Positions 26,180 to 45,600 of a DNA stretch of 64,000 bases are shown piece by piece. Every line of letters begins with the position of its first letter. Position 1 is the first letter of the stretch. Source of the stretch: Macrostomum lignano (lineage: Eukaryota); contig NIVC01000426.1 of assembly GCA_002269645.1 (NCBI GenBank), forward strand, positions 124,001 through 188,000, read 5' to 3'. A program made the position numbers and the translations under genes. The notes beneath the pieces were generated by a model. The model was not told the origin of the DNA. It did not search any database and was given only the letters and a program-made list of their open reading frames with translations.

Positions 26180-27105
26180 GCTTTGGAAGTGATTCCTACC
26201 TAATGGTTTATCACTCTGGAAGTGATTCCTACCTAATGGTTTATCACTCTGGAAGTGGTTCCTACCTAATGGTTTATCACTCTGGAAGTGATTCTTACCT
26301 AATGGTTTATCGCTCTGGAAGTGATTCTTACCTAATGACTTCTCACTCTGGAAGCTACATGTATTCCCATGACTTCTCACTCTGGAAGCTACATGTAGTC
26401 CCATGACTTCTCACTCTGGAAACTACATGTATTCCCATGACTTCTCACTCTGGAAGCTACATGTATTCCCATGACTTCTCACTCTGGAAGCTACATGTAT
26501 TCCCATGACTTCTCACTCTGGAAGCTACATGTATTCCCATGACTTCTCACTCTGGAAGCTACATGTATTCCCATGACTTCTCACTCTGGAAGCTACATGT
26601 ATTCCCATGACTTCTCACTCTGGAAGCTACATGTATTCCCATGACTTCTCACTCTGGAAGCTACATGTATTCCCATGACTTCTCACTCTGGAAGCTACAT
26701 GTATTCCCATGACTTCTCACTCTGGAAGCTACATGTATTCCCATGACTTCTCACTCTGGAAGCTACATGTATTCCCATGACTTCTCACTCTGGAAGCTAC
26801 ATGTATTCCCATGACTTCTCACTCTGGAAGCTACATGTATTCCCATGACTTCTCACTCTGGAAGCTACATGTATTCCCATGACTTCTCACTCTGGAAGCT
26901 ACATGTATTCCCATGACTTCTCACTCTGGAAGCTACATGTATTCCCATGACTTCTCACTCTGGAAGCTACATGTATTCCCATGACTTCTCACTCTGGAAG
27001 CTACATGTATTCCCATGACTTCTCACTCTGGAAGCTACATGTATTCCCATGACTTCTCACTCTGGAAGCTACATGTATTCACATGACTTCTCACTCTGGA
27101 AGCGG
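26180..27105. repeat. 33-bp array followed by a related 34-bp array
   Basis: Both share CACTCTGGAAG; second unit is CACTCTGGAAGCTACATGTATTCCCATGACTTCT. Confidence 0.95.
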
Positions 27106-27757
27106 CCGAAGAGAGCAGTCTGAGATTTGATATAATCTGGCAAGGCAGCCAATAGAAACTCGGAAATGAAAATGGCGCCAATGCTCAGAGCTCATGTATT
27201 GTACATTTTCATGAATTATTTTTCACGCAAACAATTAAATTCATTGGGTTTCAAATGAAACAGTAATAACTATAGGAACAATCGATATTCATATTATATA
27301 ATAATAAACTAAAATACATAGAACAATTATAGAACACTGGACATCTGTTTGTGTATGCAACTGGCTGCTTTCAGGTTTGAAAAGGAGGGGCATAAAGAGA
27401 GCGGATGGATGGGATGGATTGTGCATATAAACATAGAATATGCCAATGGATCACCAGACAGTTAGCCTATGCTCTCGTAATTGGCAAGGAAAAAACATTG
27501 TCTAGAAAAATACACGAGAATGGCACTGCATTAAGCATATATATCGGGTAGGCGCCCTCTTTAACTTTGACTGGCTGTACAAAAATAATGGAATTTCTCG
27601 CTTATTCGAATCGAATGAGGAACAGTTGACGAAGTTTTTAAACATTTCATAGTTCAGTTAAGAAATCAAATTTTGCTCTGTTTAAAAAATTAGAGAAAGT
27701 GTGCAACATTGTTAACAAAGCTACACCGTTATTGTTGCCGTGGCGAGCTTCAAGAGC

Positions 27758-34954
<7,197 letters not shown>

Positions 34955-37066
34955 AATACCAATCTGTTCAACGAGAAATAAGTACAGCGTGTTACGCTTT
35001 AAAACTGGACAGATCAGATCAGGCAGAATCGTCGGTCGGGTCGATGCTATTTGCTTGCTATCACAGCTTGTAGCGAATAGCGATTAGCGTATTTATTCCC
35101 TTCCTATTTTCCTCCCGGGTCGGTGCCCAAGTGTGCTTGGTACTTTTTACTTTGATAAGTTGTATTTATAACAGAAGCCCCAGCCAGTGGCCCCTTTCGT
35201 TTGTCCCTCCTTACTCTCCTCTATCTTTCCCCCCTCCCTCCAGGGTAAAGTGAACAGAGAATGGCCGGCCACATACTTCCCCCGCCCCCAAGCTTTTCCA
35301 TGCCTTTCACGCTCAAACCCCGGCCAGGCCAATCAAAGGCCACGGCCCCCAACCACCCCAGCCCCAGCCCCCGCTAGTGCAATTAGCTCCAAACGCAAGC
35401 CCCAGAACCCTCCTCCTCTTTCACCCACGCTTGTTTTCGCGCGCTAGCCAGTGCGTTCCAGCCCCAGATAGGAGGGAGGGTGCGCTCGACCCGCGTGTGT
35501 GGGCGGCGGTTTGAATTCCGTACAAAACAAGGCCCCGCCTGGGTCCAGGGCTTCCAAGGGTGCGACGCGGGCGCTGTAAATAGAGGTGGCTGGCAGTGGC
35601 GGTGGAATTCGTGCGTCACCGCCCCTGGCCCAGACGACCGAGATTTCTATTTTTAATAGAGAGAACATAAGTTGTTTAACTTTTAAGGTAGGTAAGAGAA
35701 GAAAGTTTGTATTGTATGATGCATGTATTGAGTACGTGCTGCGTATGGTGGGGTGACAGCTTGGGCAGGGGGCCCCGGACTTTGGCCTCCTCGCTGCCTA
35801 CTAGACAAGCTTAAGAAGGGTGGGTTTTTTAACGTTTTCTCTCGTCGCGTCAAATTCTTGCTTTCTTTGCAGAAAATGACCATGGAGCCCCGCTTGCTCA
35901 GCAGTTGCTTACGATGGAGGCCGAATGGTGGGGGCCGGGGTACTTGAGCCGGCTGGCGTGTAGTAAAACATTTTCTATTATTTTTTAGGGCAACAGCACC
36001 ACCTTCAGGCAGCAATCCAGGGACCGAGGGTGGGGGTTAATTAGCAATTCCCATAAATAGCGCCTCACTCTCAGAATTGAGTAACGCCTGTTGTCTTTTT
36101 AAAGACAAAGTTCGAAGCTTGTCGTACTTGCTATACTGCTTCGAATGAAGTGGAGGGAGTTAAGTCTATTTAAGAATAAATTACTATGCATTAAGTATCA
36201 TCTGCTTACCCCCAAGCACACAGTATTTCTGGGTGCGATATCTGTTAAATAATTCAGCAGTTGCGCACCCACTCACTCACTGTCGCCTGTCGCAAGCTTT
36301 TGCCAGAAAATTCTGTTCAGGGTCTCAGGTCTGGCGTTACCCAGCTCCGCAGTCTGCCCGAAAATTTTTCCTTACAATTTTTCACAGGGGTCCCCCTTCC
36401 CCTCCACCACACATAGCTTGGTTGCGCCCCTTGATATTAATCGATCCTAAAAATGCCCTTCATCTGTTCCACGCTTCGATGACACTATGAGTCATGCCAT
36501 TTTTAAATTGCAAATCTATCTAAATAGTGGATGCATAAAAAATATAGAGAATAAGATACGATATATTTTTTTTACTCTACTGTGAGTAGAATAGGTAGAC
36601 CACGTTATCAGTTTTTCATCAAGGACGACTTAAGTCGTCCTTGTTTTTCATTTGCATGTACTCTGTACTTGTATAAAATCGATAATGATACTGTTTCAGG
36701 GCAATAAAGTTTTCTATTTAATCTCTCATTCGCCACTTACGAGAAGTGAAGAGTGTTAGTCAAACTTTAGTAAACTGCAACGTGCATGTTAGTGTGTGTA
36801 CAGTTAGTGTGCGTACACTCTAAACCCTATAACAGATAGGAGTAATGTACAAACCTCCACATGTATACTGAATCACATTATAATAATCGTTTGCCGTATT
36901 CTGTCCATATCCCTTATCAGGTTCATAAGCAAACAGAATTTTAATCAGACGTGCACTACGCGCAAAGATATTCAAGAGGCCATTTAGCCACTTCTTCAAA
37001 AAGAAGAACTCATAGAAGAAAGGCGTTGCCGTATACAGAACAATAAACACAAGCAGCAATTAAACA

Positions 37067-39472
37067 ATGAGCAACCAGTTTGACACTTTCGATATCCAGC
37101 TGGCCAAGGACGGGCCCCACCTGTCTGGGGACGCTCTAAAAGGTGATTTATTGCTCAAAACAAAGAAGGACTTATCATTTGCTCGAATTGTTGTGCACCT
37201 GTATGGAGGCGGACGAGTGGAAATTGACGCCTCGGGTACAGCTACTCAGGCTGCACAGGTATTAGTCCGTTGCTTTCTTGGGAATTCCCTTTTTGCAGAT
37301 AGAGACTAGAAGATACGTGTACCTGAGAATGAAAATTGAGATTGAGCAGTGAGATGGGATAGATATAGTAGAGCATGAGATAAAGCATGATGTAGAGCAT
37401 GAGATGAAGCATGATATACTGGATGAGATGAAGCATGATATAGAGCATGAGATAAGGTATGACGTAGAGGATGAGATGAATTATGATGTAGAGCATGAGA
37501 TTGACATGACATAAAGCAAAAGAGCACGAGAGCAAAAGAAGAAGCATGAAATAAAATGAGATTGAGTAGAAAATTGCTAGCAAAAATCTGAAGCTGATGC
37601 ATAACTGAAATCCCAAATGCGAAATCCCATGATGGCAGGCAAAGTCGGCAGCTTCATCGACCATCTACCGCGACAGCCAGACCTACCTAAGCCACAGTCA
37701 GGTGCTATTAGAAAGAGGCTCCCTAACCAAAGGTAGATTTTACAAACTGCCATTCGAGCTGCATCTGCCAGATAGGCTGCCAAGCTCGCACGGATCAATA
37801 ATTAATTACAGTGTGACAGCCCTGGCTGACAGGGGCAACCCCGGCAAAGCGAGCTGCCTTAGCTTGCCAGTCACTGTTATTGGCCGCGTGGACTTGAATC
37901 TGCAGCCAGGCGGCGGCGATGGGGGCCACCTGTGGCAGCCGATTGAGGTCTGGGGCCACTGGCAGCAGTCCACGAGCAGGTGAGACTGATGCTTATTTGA
38001 TCGCAAACACTTGTGAGGGAAGAGGGACTAGGGAAGAGGGACTAGGGAAAAGGGACTTGGGAAACCAAAGAACTGATGACAAGGGCCTGTCCACCTCGCA
38101 GAGGCGCGGCTTCAGTCCCTGAGCAGCGCCAGCGCCTGGACGGCCTGGGCCTCGCCACGGTCCGCCTGCTGGCGCACAAGCGCGGCTTCGCTATTGGCGA
38201 GTCAATGAGCCTCGAGGTGGAGGTGCGGAACAACACCAAGCTGAGGCTGGACTCGGTGCGGATCAGCCTCACGCAGAAGGCTGTGATGCGGGCGGCAGCG
38301 GCGGAGGGAGGCGGCCCAGCCGCTCGGAAGGAGCATCGGACGGCTGTGCAGATCTGCCGGCTGCAGGAGCGGCTGAAGCCGGGCGCCTCGCTGCTGGAGG
38401 ACGCCGTCCAGCTGACTGTGCCGTGGGTGGCCACCGCGCCTGTGCCTGGCAGCTGCCGTCTGCTGAGAATTGGCTATTGGATTCAGGTGATGTCTGACGC
38501 TCGCGCCAACGACCCCTGGGCAGAATTGCATTGGATTGCTGGTTGTTCGACAGGGTGCCCAAAGCCCTCCTGGGAATATTAGATGTATCAGGTGATTCCC
38601 AACCAATCAGCGATTTTGACCAATCAGCGATCCAACCAATCATCGATCCCAACCAATCAGTGATCCCAACCAATCAACGATCCCAACCAATCAGCGATCC
38701 CAACTGTAACAGGTAGGATTTTACATCCTGCCTGTACCTTCTGCTCACGTCGGATAGCAAAGAATTGAATTCGAAGCACGGTATTTCTGGGCCCAGGCTG
38801 CTGCGGTTCTACAGCCCAGCCGAGGCAATGGCATTTTAAACACGAGCATACGCGTGGGAACGAAAATTCTTATAAGCTACATAAAACAAATATGGTTTTA
38901 GGCAGCCGCCCTTCGCAAATATGACTGAATTCTATGCAGTCATACCAACCAATCAGTGATCCCAGCCAATCAGCAATCCCAGCCAATCAGCAATCCCAGC
39001 CAATCAGTGATCCCAGCCAATCAGCGACCCCAGCCAATCAGCAATCCCTAAAAAATTTCGCTCAAATTTCGCTCTCTCAAAAGCAATTTCCTGCCTGCAA
39101 CGCTTTCAGGTCATATGCTCTGTGACGCCGGACCTGCACCCAGTGGCGAGCCTCGAACCCGTCGTCCAGACTCTCCTAACTGGACAGAAGCTGGACAAGC
39201 CTGAGCAGTCGATGGTGCTACTAGAAGAGCCAATTGTCATCGGCACTAGCCAACTGGTTTCGCCGGCTGGAACTGCCGCTTCCGCCGAGACGAATCGCCG
39301 CGAGCCGCCGCCGAGACCGTCGGCTCCGCCGCCGGCGATGATTCGATCGGAGCGGCGCCAGAGCGCCGGAGCCGCTGCGTCGTCAGCGGCTGAGCCAAGT
39401 GCTCCGCCAAGCTACGAAGAGAGCCTGCTGCAGCGCCTGAGGGAGGAGGACGCGACGGGGGTGTTCGCTTGA
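37067..39472 (+). CDS. Alpha-arrestin (ARRDC/TXNIP family), 4 exons (37067-37258, 37702-37979, 38102-38486, 39110-39472)
   Basis: Arrestin_N motif LPFELHLPDRLPSS, Arrestin_C motif KRGFAIGESMSLEVEVRNN, IVIGT, and a C-terminal PPSY (PPxY) motif. Phases 0,2,0 are consistent. Confidence 0.9.
38600..39050. repeat. Two intronic ~17-bp arrays containing CCAATCA
   Basis: CCAACCAATCAGCGATC at 38600-38705 and CCCAGCCAATCAGCAAT at 38940-39050. Confidence 0.85.
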
Positions 39473-39494
39473 CGTGCTCAGATGGAGACAGTGG

Positions 39495-40945
39495 CTGGTG
39501 GCAGTCTGAATGCTGTGGCTGAGTGTCTGAGAGTGGCAGTCTGAATGCTGTGGCTGAGTGTCTGAGAGTGGCAGTCTGAATGCTGTGGCTGAGTGTCTGA
39601 GAGTTGCAGTCTGAATGCTGTGGCTGAGTGTCTGAGAGTGGCAGTCTGAATGCTGTGGCTGAGTGTCTGAGAGTTGCAGTCTGAATGCTGTGGCTGAGTG
39701 TCTGAGAGTGGCAGTCTGAATGCTGTGGCTGAGTGTCTGAGAGTTGCAGTCTGAATGCTGTGGCTGAGTGTCTGAGAGTGGCAGTCTGAATGCTGTGGCT
39801 GAGTGTCTGAGAGTGGCAGTCTGAATGCTGTGGCTGAGTGTCTGAGAGTTGCAGTCTGAATGCTGTGGCTGAGTGTCTGAGAGTGGCAGTCTGAATGCTG
39901 TGGCTGAGTGTCTGAGAGTTGCAGTCTGAATGCTGTGGCTGAGTGTCTGAGAGTGGCAGTCTGAATGCTGTGGCTGAGTGTCTGAGAGTTGCAGTCTGAA
40001 TGCTGTGGCTGAGTGTCTGAGAGTGGCAGTCTGAATGCTGTGGCTGAGTGTCTGAGAGTGGCAGTCTGAATGCTGTGGCTGAGTGTCTGAGAGTGGCAGT
40101 CTGAATGCTGTGGCTGATCGAGTGTCTGAGAGTGGCAGTCTGAATGCTGTGGCTGAGTGTCTGAGAGTGGCAGTCTGAATGCTGTGGCTGAGTGTCTGAG
40201 AGTGGCAGTCTGAATGCTGTGGCTGATCGAGTGTCTGAGAGTGGCAGTCTGAATGCTGTGGCTGAGTGTCTGAGAGTGGCAGTCTGAATGCTGTGGCTGA
40301 GTGTCTGAGAGTGGCAGTCTGAATGCTGTGGCTGAGTGTCTGAGAGTGGCAGTCTGAATGCTGTGGCTGAGTGTCTGAGAGTGGCAGTCTGAATGCTGTG
40401 GCTGAGTGTCTGAGAGTGGCAGTCTGAATGCTGTGGCTGAGTGTCTGAGAGTTGCAGTCTGAATGCTGTGGCTGAGTGTCTGAGAGTGGCAGTCTGAATG
40501 CTGTGGCTGAGTGTCTGAGAGTGGCAGTCTGAATGCTGTGGCTGAGTGTCTGAGAGTTGCAGTCTGAATGCTGTGGCTGAGTGTCTGAGAGTGGCAGTCT
40601 GAATGCTGTGGCTGAGTGTCTGAGAGTGGCAGTCTGAATGCTGTGGCTGAGTGTCTGAGAGTGGCAGTCTGAATGCTGTGGCTGAGTGTCTGAGAGTGGC
40701 AGTCTGAATGCTGTGGCTGAGTGTCTGAGAGTGGCAGTCTGAATGCTGTGGCTGAGTGTCTGAGAGTGGCAGTCTGAATGCTGTGGCTGAGTGTCTGAGA
40801 GTGGCAGTCTGAATGCTGTGGCTGAGTGTCTAAGAGTGGCAGTCTGAATGCTGTGGCTGATCGAGTGTCTAAGAGTGGCAGTCTGAATGCTGTGGCTGAG
40901 TGTCTGAGAGTTGCAGTCTGAATGCTGTGGCTGAGTGTCTGAGAG
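39495..40945. repeat. 35-bp minisatellite, about 40 copies
   Basis: Unit GAGAGTGGCAGTCTGAATGCTGTGGCTGAGTGTCT. Confidence 0.97.
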
Positions 40946-41837
40946 TGATGTGCATATCGCAGTCTTGAGTATTATTTACATTGAGTCGCATTCCCGTCAT
41001 TTTTTGAGTTCACTTCGTTACTTACTAGTGAAATGTGCAGTGAACTCGCAAACTTTGAATGAAGTTCGTTGGAAAACCAATTTTACCCAGACGTGTACAG
41101 AATAAACGTTTTGATAAGATTAATTATTATTAATGATATACTTCAATAAGCAATGTATCATTACGAGCTGACATGTGATGCAGGTTAATAAGAACAGTTA
41201 AGTGCGTCTTCGGAATCTTTCTGGCGTATACAGCAGACAAACAAAATGAATTCAATTCAAATCAATATATTGTATAGCGAACAGCTTAATCGTGGGAATT
41301 TAAAAGGCTACATTTAAGAGCTTAAGCATGTATGATAATATTTTTAGAGTGTGCAGTTAGGATAAAATCGAGAAGGATCACGGCGCAAGGGGCGGGTTGA
41401 TGAAGAGAACGGGAGGCTGAGATTCGAGCAGAAAATATTCTATAAAAATTGGAGCACCTGTTATCCTTCAGCAAAAACATTGATCAGGATTAAGAAGCGT
41501 CCCAGAGTCGCGCATCCGAGATGTTGCAGAAGTCAGCAGACAATTGAATTCGGTTTCAGCCTACTTTTACGAGTAGATACAATGGGACGCTTCTAGAACG
41601 ACTCGATATTGAAACTTGTCCCCCAGTTGTCTTTTAGCCGAGGCGCATATACCAATTGATGAGGTCAAAATTAATTTCAAAATTCGCTTTTTGAAAGCCC
41701 AAATTCACGACTACTCAGAATAACAACTTCGGCTTCTTGCATGGGTGCTTTTCTCACCTTCTGGAATTTCAAAAAGCGCATGCATAATTAAGGGGGCATT
41801 ATAAGCTACAGGCCTCTGAACTCTTATCTCATCAAAT

Positions 41838-42445
41838 TTAGGGGAGCACGAGCTTTGCCAGTCGGAAGGTCGCCAGCCGGAAGGTTGCCAGCCGGAAGGT
41901 TGCCAGCCGGAAGGTTGCCAGCCGGAAGGTTGCCTGCCGGAAGGTTGCCAGCCGGAAGGTTGCCAGCCGGAAGGTTGCCAGCCGGAAGGTTGCCAGCCGG
42001 AAGGTTGCCAGCCGGAAGGTTGCCAGCCGGAAGGTTGCCAGCCGGAAGGTTGCCAGCCGGAAGGTTGCCAGCCGGAAGGTTGCCAGCCGGAAGGTTGCCA
42101 GCCGGAAGGTTGCCAGCCGGAAGGTTGCCAGCCGGAAGGTTGCCAGCCGGAAGGTTGCCAGCCGGAAGGTTGCCAGCCGGAAGGTTGCCAGCCGGAAGGT
42201 TGCCAGCCGGAAGGTTGCCAGCCGGAAGGTTGCCAGCCGGAAGGTTGCCAGCCGGAAGGTTGCCAGCCGGAAGGTTGCCAGCCGGAAGGTTGCTAGCTGA
42301 GATCATTTGTAGCAAGGAAGGGATCAGCTGGGAATTTCAGCAACTGTCTAATTTTGAAATTATGAATCGATTATGAAAGCTTAAGTATATATAATAACTT
42401 TAAGCAACTTTCCGGCTGGCAACTTTCGCAGACCCGTGTCCCTAA
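41838..42445. mobile_element. Putative MITE with imperfect inverted ends and an internally expanded 15-bp array
   Basis: Left end TTAGGGGAGCACGAG.TTTGCCAGTCGGAAGG; the right end reverse-complements to TTAGGGACACGGG...AAGTTGCCAGCCGGAAAG. Array CCGGAAGGTTGCCAG at ~41870-42295. Confidence 0.6.
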
Positions 42446-42612
42446 GCTGATATTTTTCACTATTTGATCACTGTGGCTTCCCGCATGATATTTGCAAGTC
42501 CAGAAAGGTGAGAACATTAACTTTCAATTCGAAAAGCAAAATTTAGGTTTTCAATTTAAAACTGGCATCTGACTATACCAGCAGTCCCCGATATCCAATC
42601 CAATCAATCTAA

Positions 42613-45600
42613 TCAGTGCGCCGCCTCCTCCGCCGCCTCATCCGCCTTCCGCTTCTCTTCGCTGTCCAGCTCGATGGAGCGGTAGCCGTCAATTTCGGAC
42701 TGCTCAACGCCACAGCACCGCTGCAGCACCACGTTGATGATCAGAGCGGCCAGCTTGATGTACATCATGAAAGCTTGGATCAGGAAGAACCAATGATAGT
42801 TGTTGCGCTCAGCGATCAGGGCTGTGAGCGCCGGGGAGATTGCCATGCCAACTCCCATGCCAGCCAGGCTAAAGGGATAGGCATAGTGACCAGGCAGAGA
42901 TGTGAGCTCCTCTCCAGCCGGGAACAGGAACGTGATGCTTGGCCCCATGGTGAAGCCGGTCAAGAAGGCCAGAAAGTTGCTGAGCATCCGGTCCGCGGCA
43001 AACAGCTCCCACACCACCAGCAGGCTGGCCATGACAGCTGTGCAGCCAATGAGGATCCACTTGAGCTTGTTGTGCAACAGGTCTCGGGTGAAGGCCGTTA
43101 TGAGGGCGCCCAGCAGGTAGGTGCTGGCCTCGCCAGACGCGAACAGCAGGGTGAGGTAGGAGGCTTTCGTCAGGCTGCTCTCCCTGCGATGAACGTAGTC
43201 GGCCAGGTTTAGCAGCATGCCGTAGGTCACCACGCTGGTCATGATGCGGTCAATGAACCACAGCACCAAGTAGGGAGCTCGCTTCCTGTCAATCTGAATG
43301 CGGGTCAATTTACTGCTAGTCAGGGGGTGCAGTAGCTGAATGATTGGGGCATGGTAGCTGAGTGATTGGGGTTTGGTAGCTGAGTGATTGTGGTTTGGTA
43401 GCTGAGTGATTGGGGTTTGGTAGCTGAGTGATTGGAGTTTGGTAGCTGAGTGATTGGGGTTTGGTAGCTGAGTGATTGGAGTTTGGTAGCTGAGTGATTG
43501 GAGTTTGGTAGCTGAGTGATTGGGGTTTGGTAGCTGAGTGATTGGAGTTTGGTAGCTGAGTGATTGGGGTTTGGTAGCTGAGTGATTGGGGTTTGGTAGC
43601 TGAGTGATTGGAGTTTGGTAGCTGAGTGATTGGAGTTTGGTAGCTGAGTGATTGGAGTTTGGTAGCTGAGTGATTGGGGTTTGGTAGCTGAGTGATTGTG
43701 GTTTGGTAGCTGAGTGATTGGGGTTTGGTAGCTGAGTGATTGGAGTTTGGTAGCTGAGTGATTGGGGTTTGGTAGCTGAGTGATTGGAGTTTGGTAGCTG
43801 AGTGATTGGGGTTTGGTAGCTGAGTGATTGGAGTTTGGTAGCTGAGTGATTGGGGTTTGGTAGCTGAGTGATTGGAGTTTGGTAGCTGAGTGATTGGGGT
43901 TTGGTAGCTGAGTGATTGGAGTTTGGTAGCTGAGTGATTGGGGTTTGGTAGCTGAGTGATTGGGGTTTGGTAGCTGAGTGATTGGGGTTTGGTAGCTGAG
44001 TGATTGGAGTTTGGTAGCTGAGTGATTGTGGTTTGGTAGCTGAGTGATTTTGGTTTGGTAGCTGAGTGATTGGGGTTTGGTAGCTGAGTGATTGGAGTTT
44101 GGTAGCTGAGTGATTGGAGTTTGGTAGCTGAGTGATTGGAGTTTGGTAGCTGAGTGATTGGGGTTTGGTAGCTGAGTGATTGGAGTTTGGTAGCTGAGTG
44201 ATTGGAGTTTGGTAGCTGAGTGATTGGAGTTTGGTAGCTGAGTGATTGGGGTTTGGTAGCTGAGTGATTGGGGTTTGGTAGCTGAGTGATTGGAGTTTGG
44301 TAGCTGAGTGATTGGTGTGTGGTAGCTGAGTGATTGGGGCATGGTAGCTGAGTGATCAGGGGTACACCAGGGGTACAAGAGCATCAAGGAGCCAAACGTA
44401 CCTGAGCCACTGCCGTCACGCAGCTCTTGTTGCTGACATAGTCTCCCAGCCCGGGCCTCTTTGCAAAGAAGATCACTCCGGACATGTTCACCACAAAATA
44501 GATGGCGCCCAAAACTAAGAAGGCATTTCGCCAATTGTACGCTTCAATGAGCGAAGCGTACATCTGGACGAATACAATAGAAGCTATGGATCCACCAGAC
44601 ACGAGAGTGGTGGCCAGGATGTGGTACTTGTGCTGCTTGTCAAAGTACTCGTTCACAATGAGTCCAACCACGCTCAGGATGAAGGAGCTGCCAATTCCGT
44701 GGAACACTGTGTGAGAGAGGAAGAGCCAGTGCGGATTCGGAACATAGGCCGAGCTGATGCAGGCCAGCAGCACGAATGCGGAACCGGCGAATTGGAAAAT
44801 CCGGAACCGGCGCCCGGACATGAGAATGACCGTGCTGCTCAGGGTGGTGGTCATGTAGCCCACGGCCGCGTAGCTGTCGCCTGGAATTCAGTCAGTTCGG
44901 TGCTGTTTTCTATTTGAACTGTTTTCTAACCGGCAGCTTTCTAATCGGCTGTTTTCTAATCGGCTGTTTTCTAATCGGCTGTTTTCTAATCGGCTGTTTT
45001 CTAATCGGATGTTTTCTAATCGGATGTTTTCTAATCGGCTGTTTTCTAACTGGCTGTTTTCTAATCGAACAGTTTTCTAATCGAATTGTTTTCTAATCGG
45101 TTGTTTACTAGTTGAACTGTTTTCTAATCAAACTGTTTTCTAATCGGATGTTTTCTAATCGGCTGTTTTCTAATTGGCTTTTTCTAACTGGCTGTTTTCT
45201 AACTGACTGTTTTCTAATCGGCTGTTTTCTAATCGGCTGTTTTCTAATCGGATGTTTTCTAATCGGCTGTTTTCTAATCGGCTGTTTTCTAATCGGATGT
45301 TTTCTAATCGGCTGTTTTCTAATCGGCTGTTTTCTAATCGGCTGTTTTCTAATCGGCTGTTTTCTAATCGGCTGTTTTCTAATCGGCTGTTTTCTAATCG
45401 GCTGTTTTCTAATCGGCTGTTTTCTAATCGGCTGTTTTCTAATCGGCTGTTTTCTAATCGAACTGTTTTCTGTTCTTGTGTTTTATCAATAGAAACCGCC
45501 TGCATTCTTACCTACGAGTAATACGAGGTATTACTACTAAGTAATTCGTACTTACTTATAGGTTTTTCCGTCCCAATTTGTAATTTATTTGCAATATTCA

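Noticed and set aside
23360-27105. Regular 22-46-bp repeats, some palindromic, as a possible CRISPR array
   Set aside because: Units are head-to-tail with no unique spacers, there are no cas genes, and the context is eukaryotic.
38840-38860. CACGAG-CATA-CGCGTG as a ChoRE in the arrestin intron
   Set aside because: Spacing is 4 nt rather than the required 5, and the second half-site is poor.
42290-42335. TGAGATCATT resembling the bantam miRNA 5' end
   Set aside because: The 3' half does not match bantam and there is no convincing ~60-nt precursor hairpin; it lies within a putative MITE.
43320-44534. 404-aa minus-strand ORF
   Set aside because: Out-of-frame read of an MCT exon running into the 22-bp intronic array.
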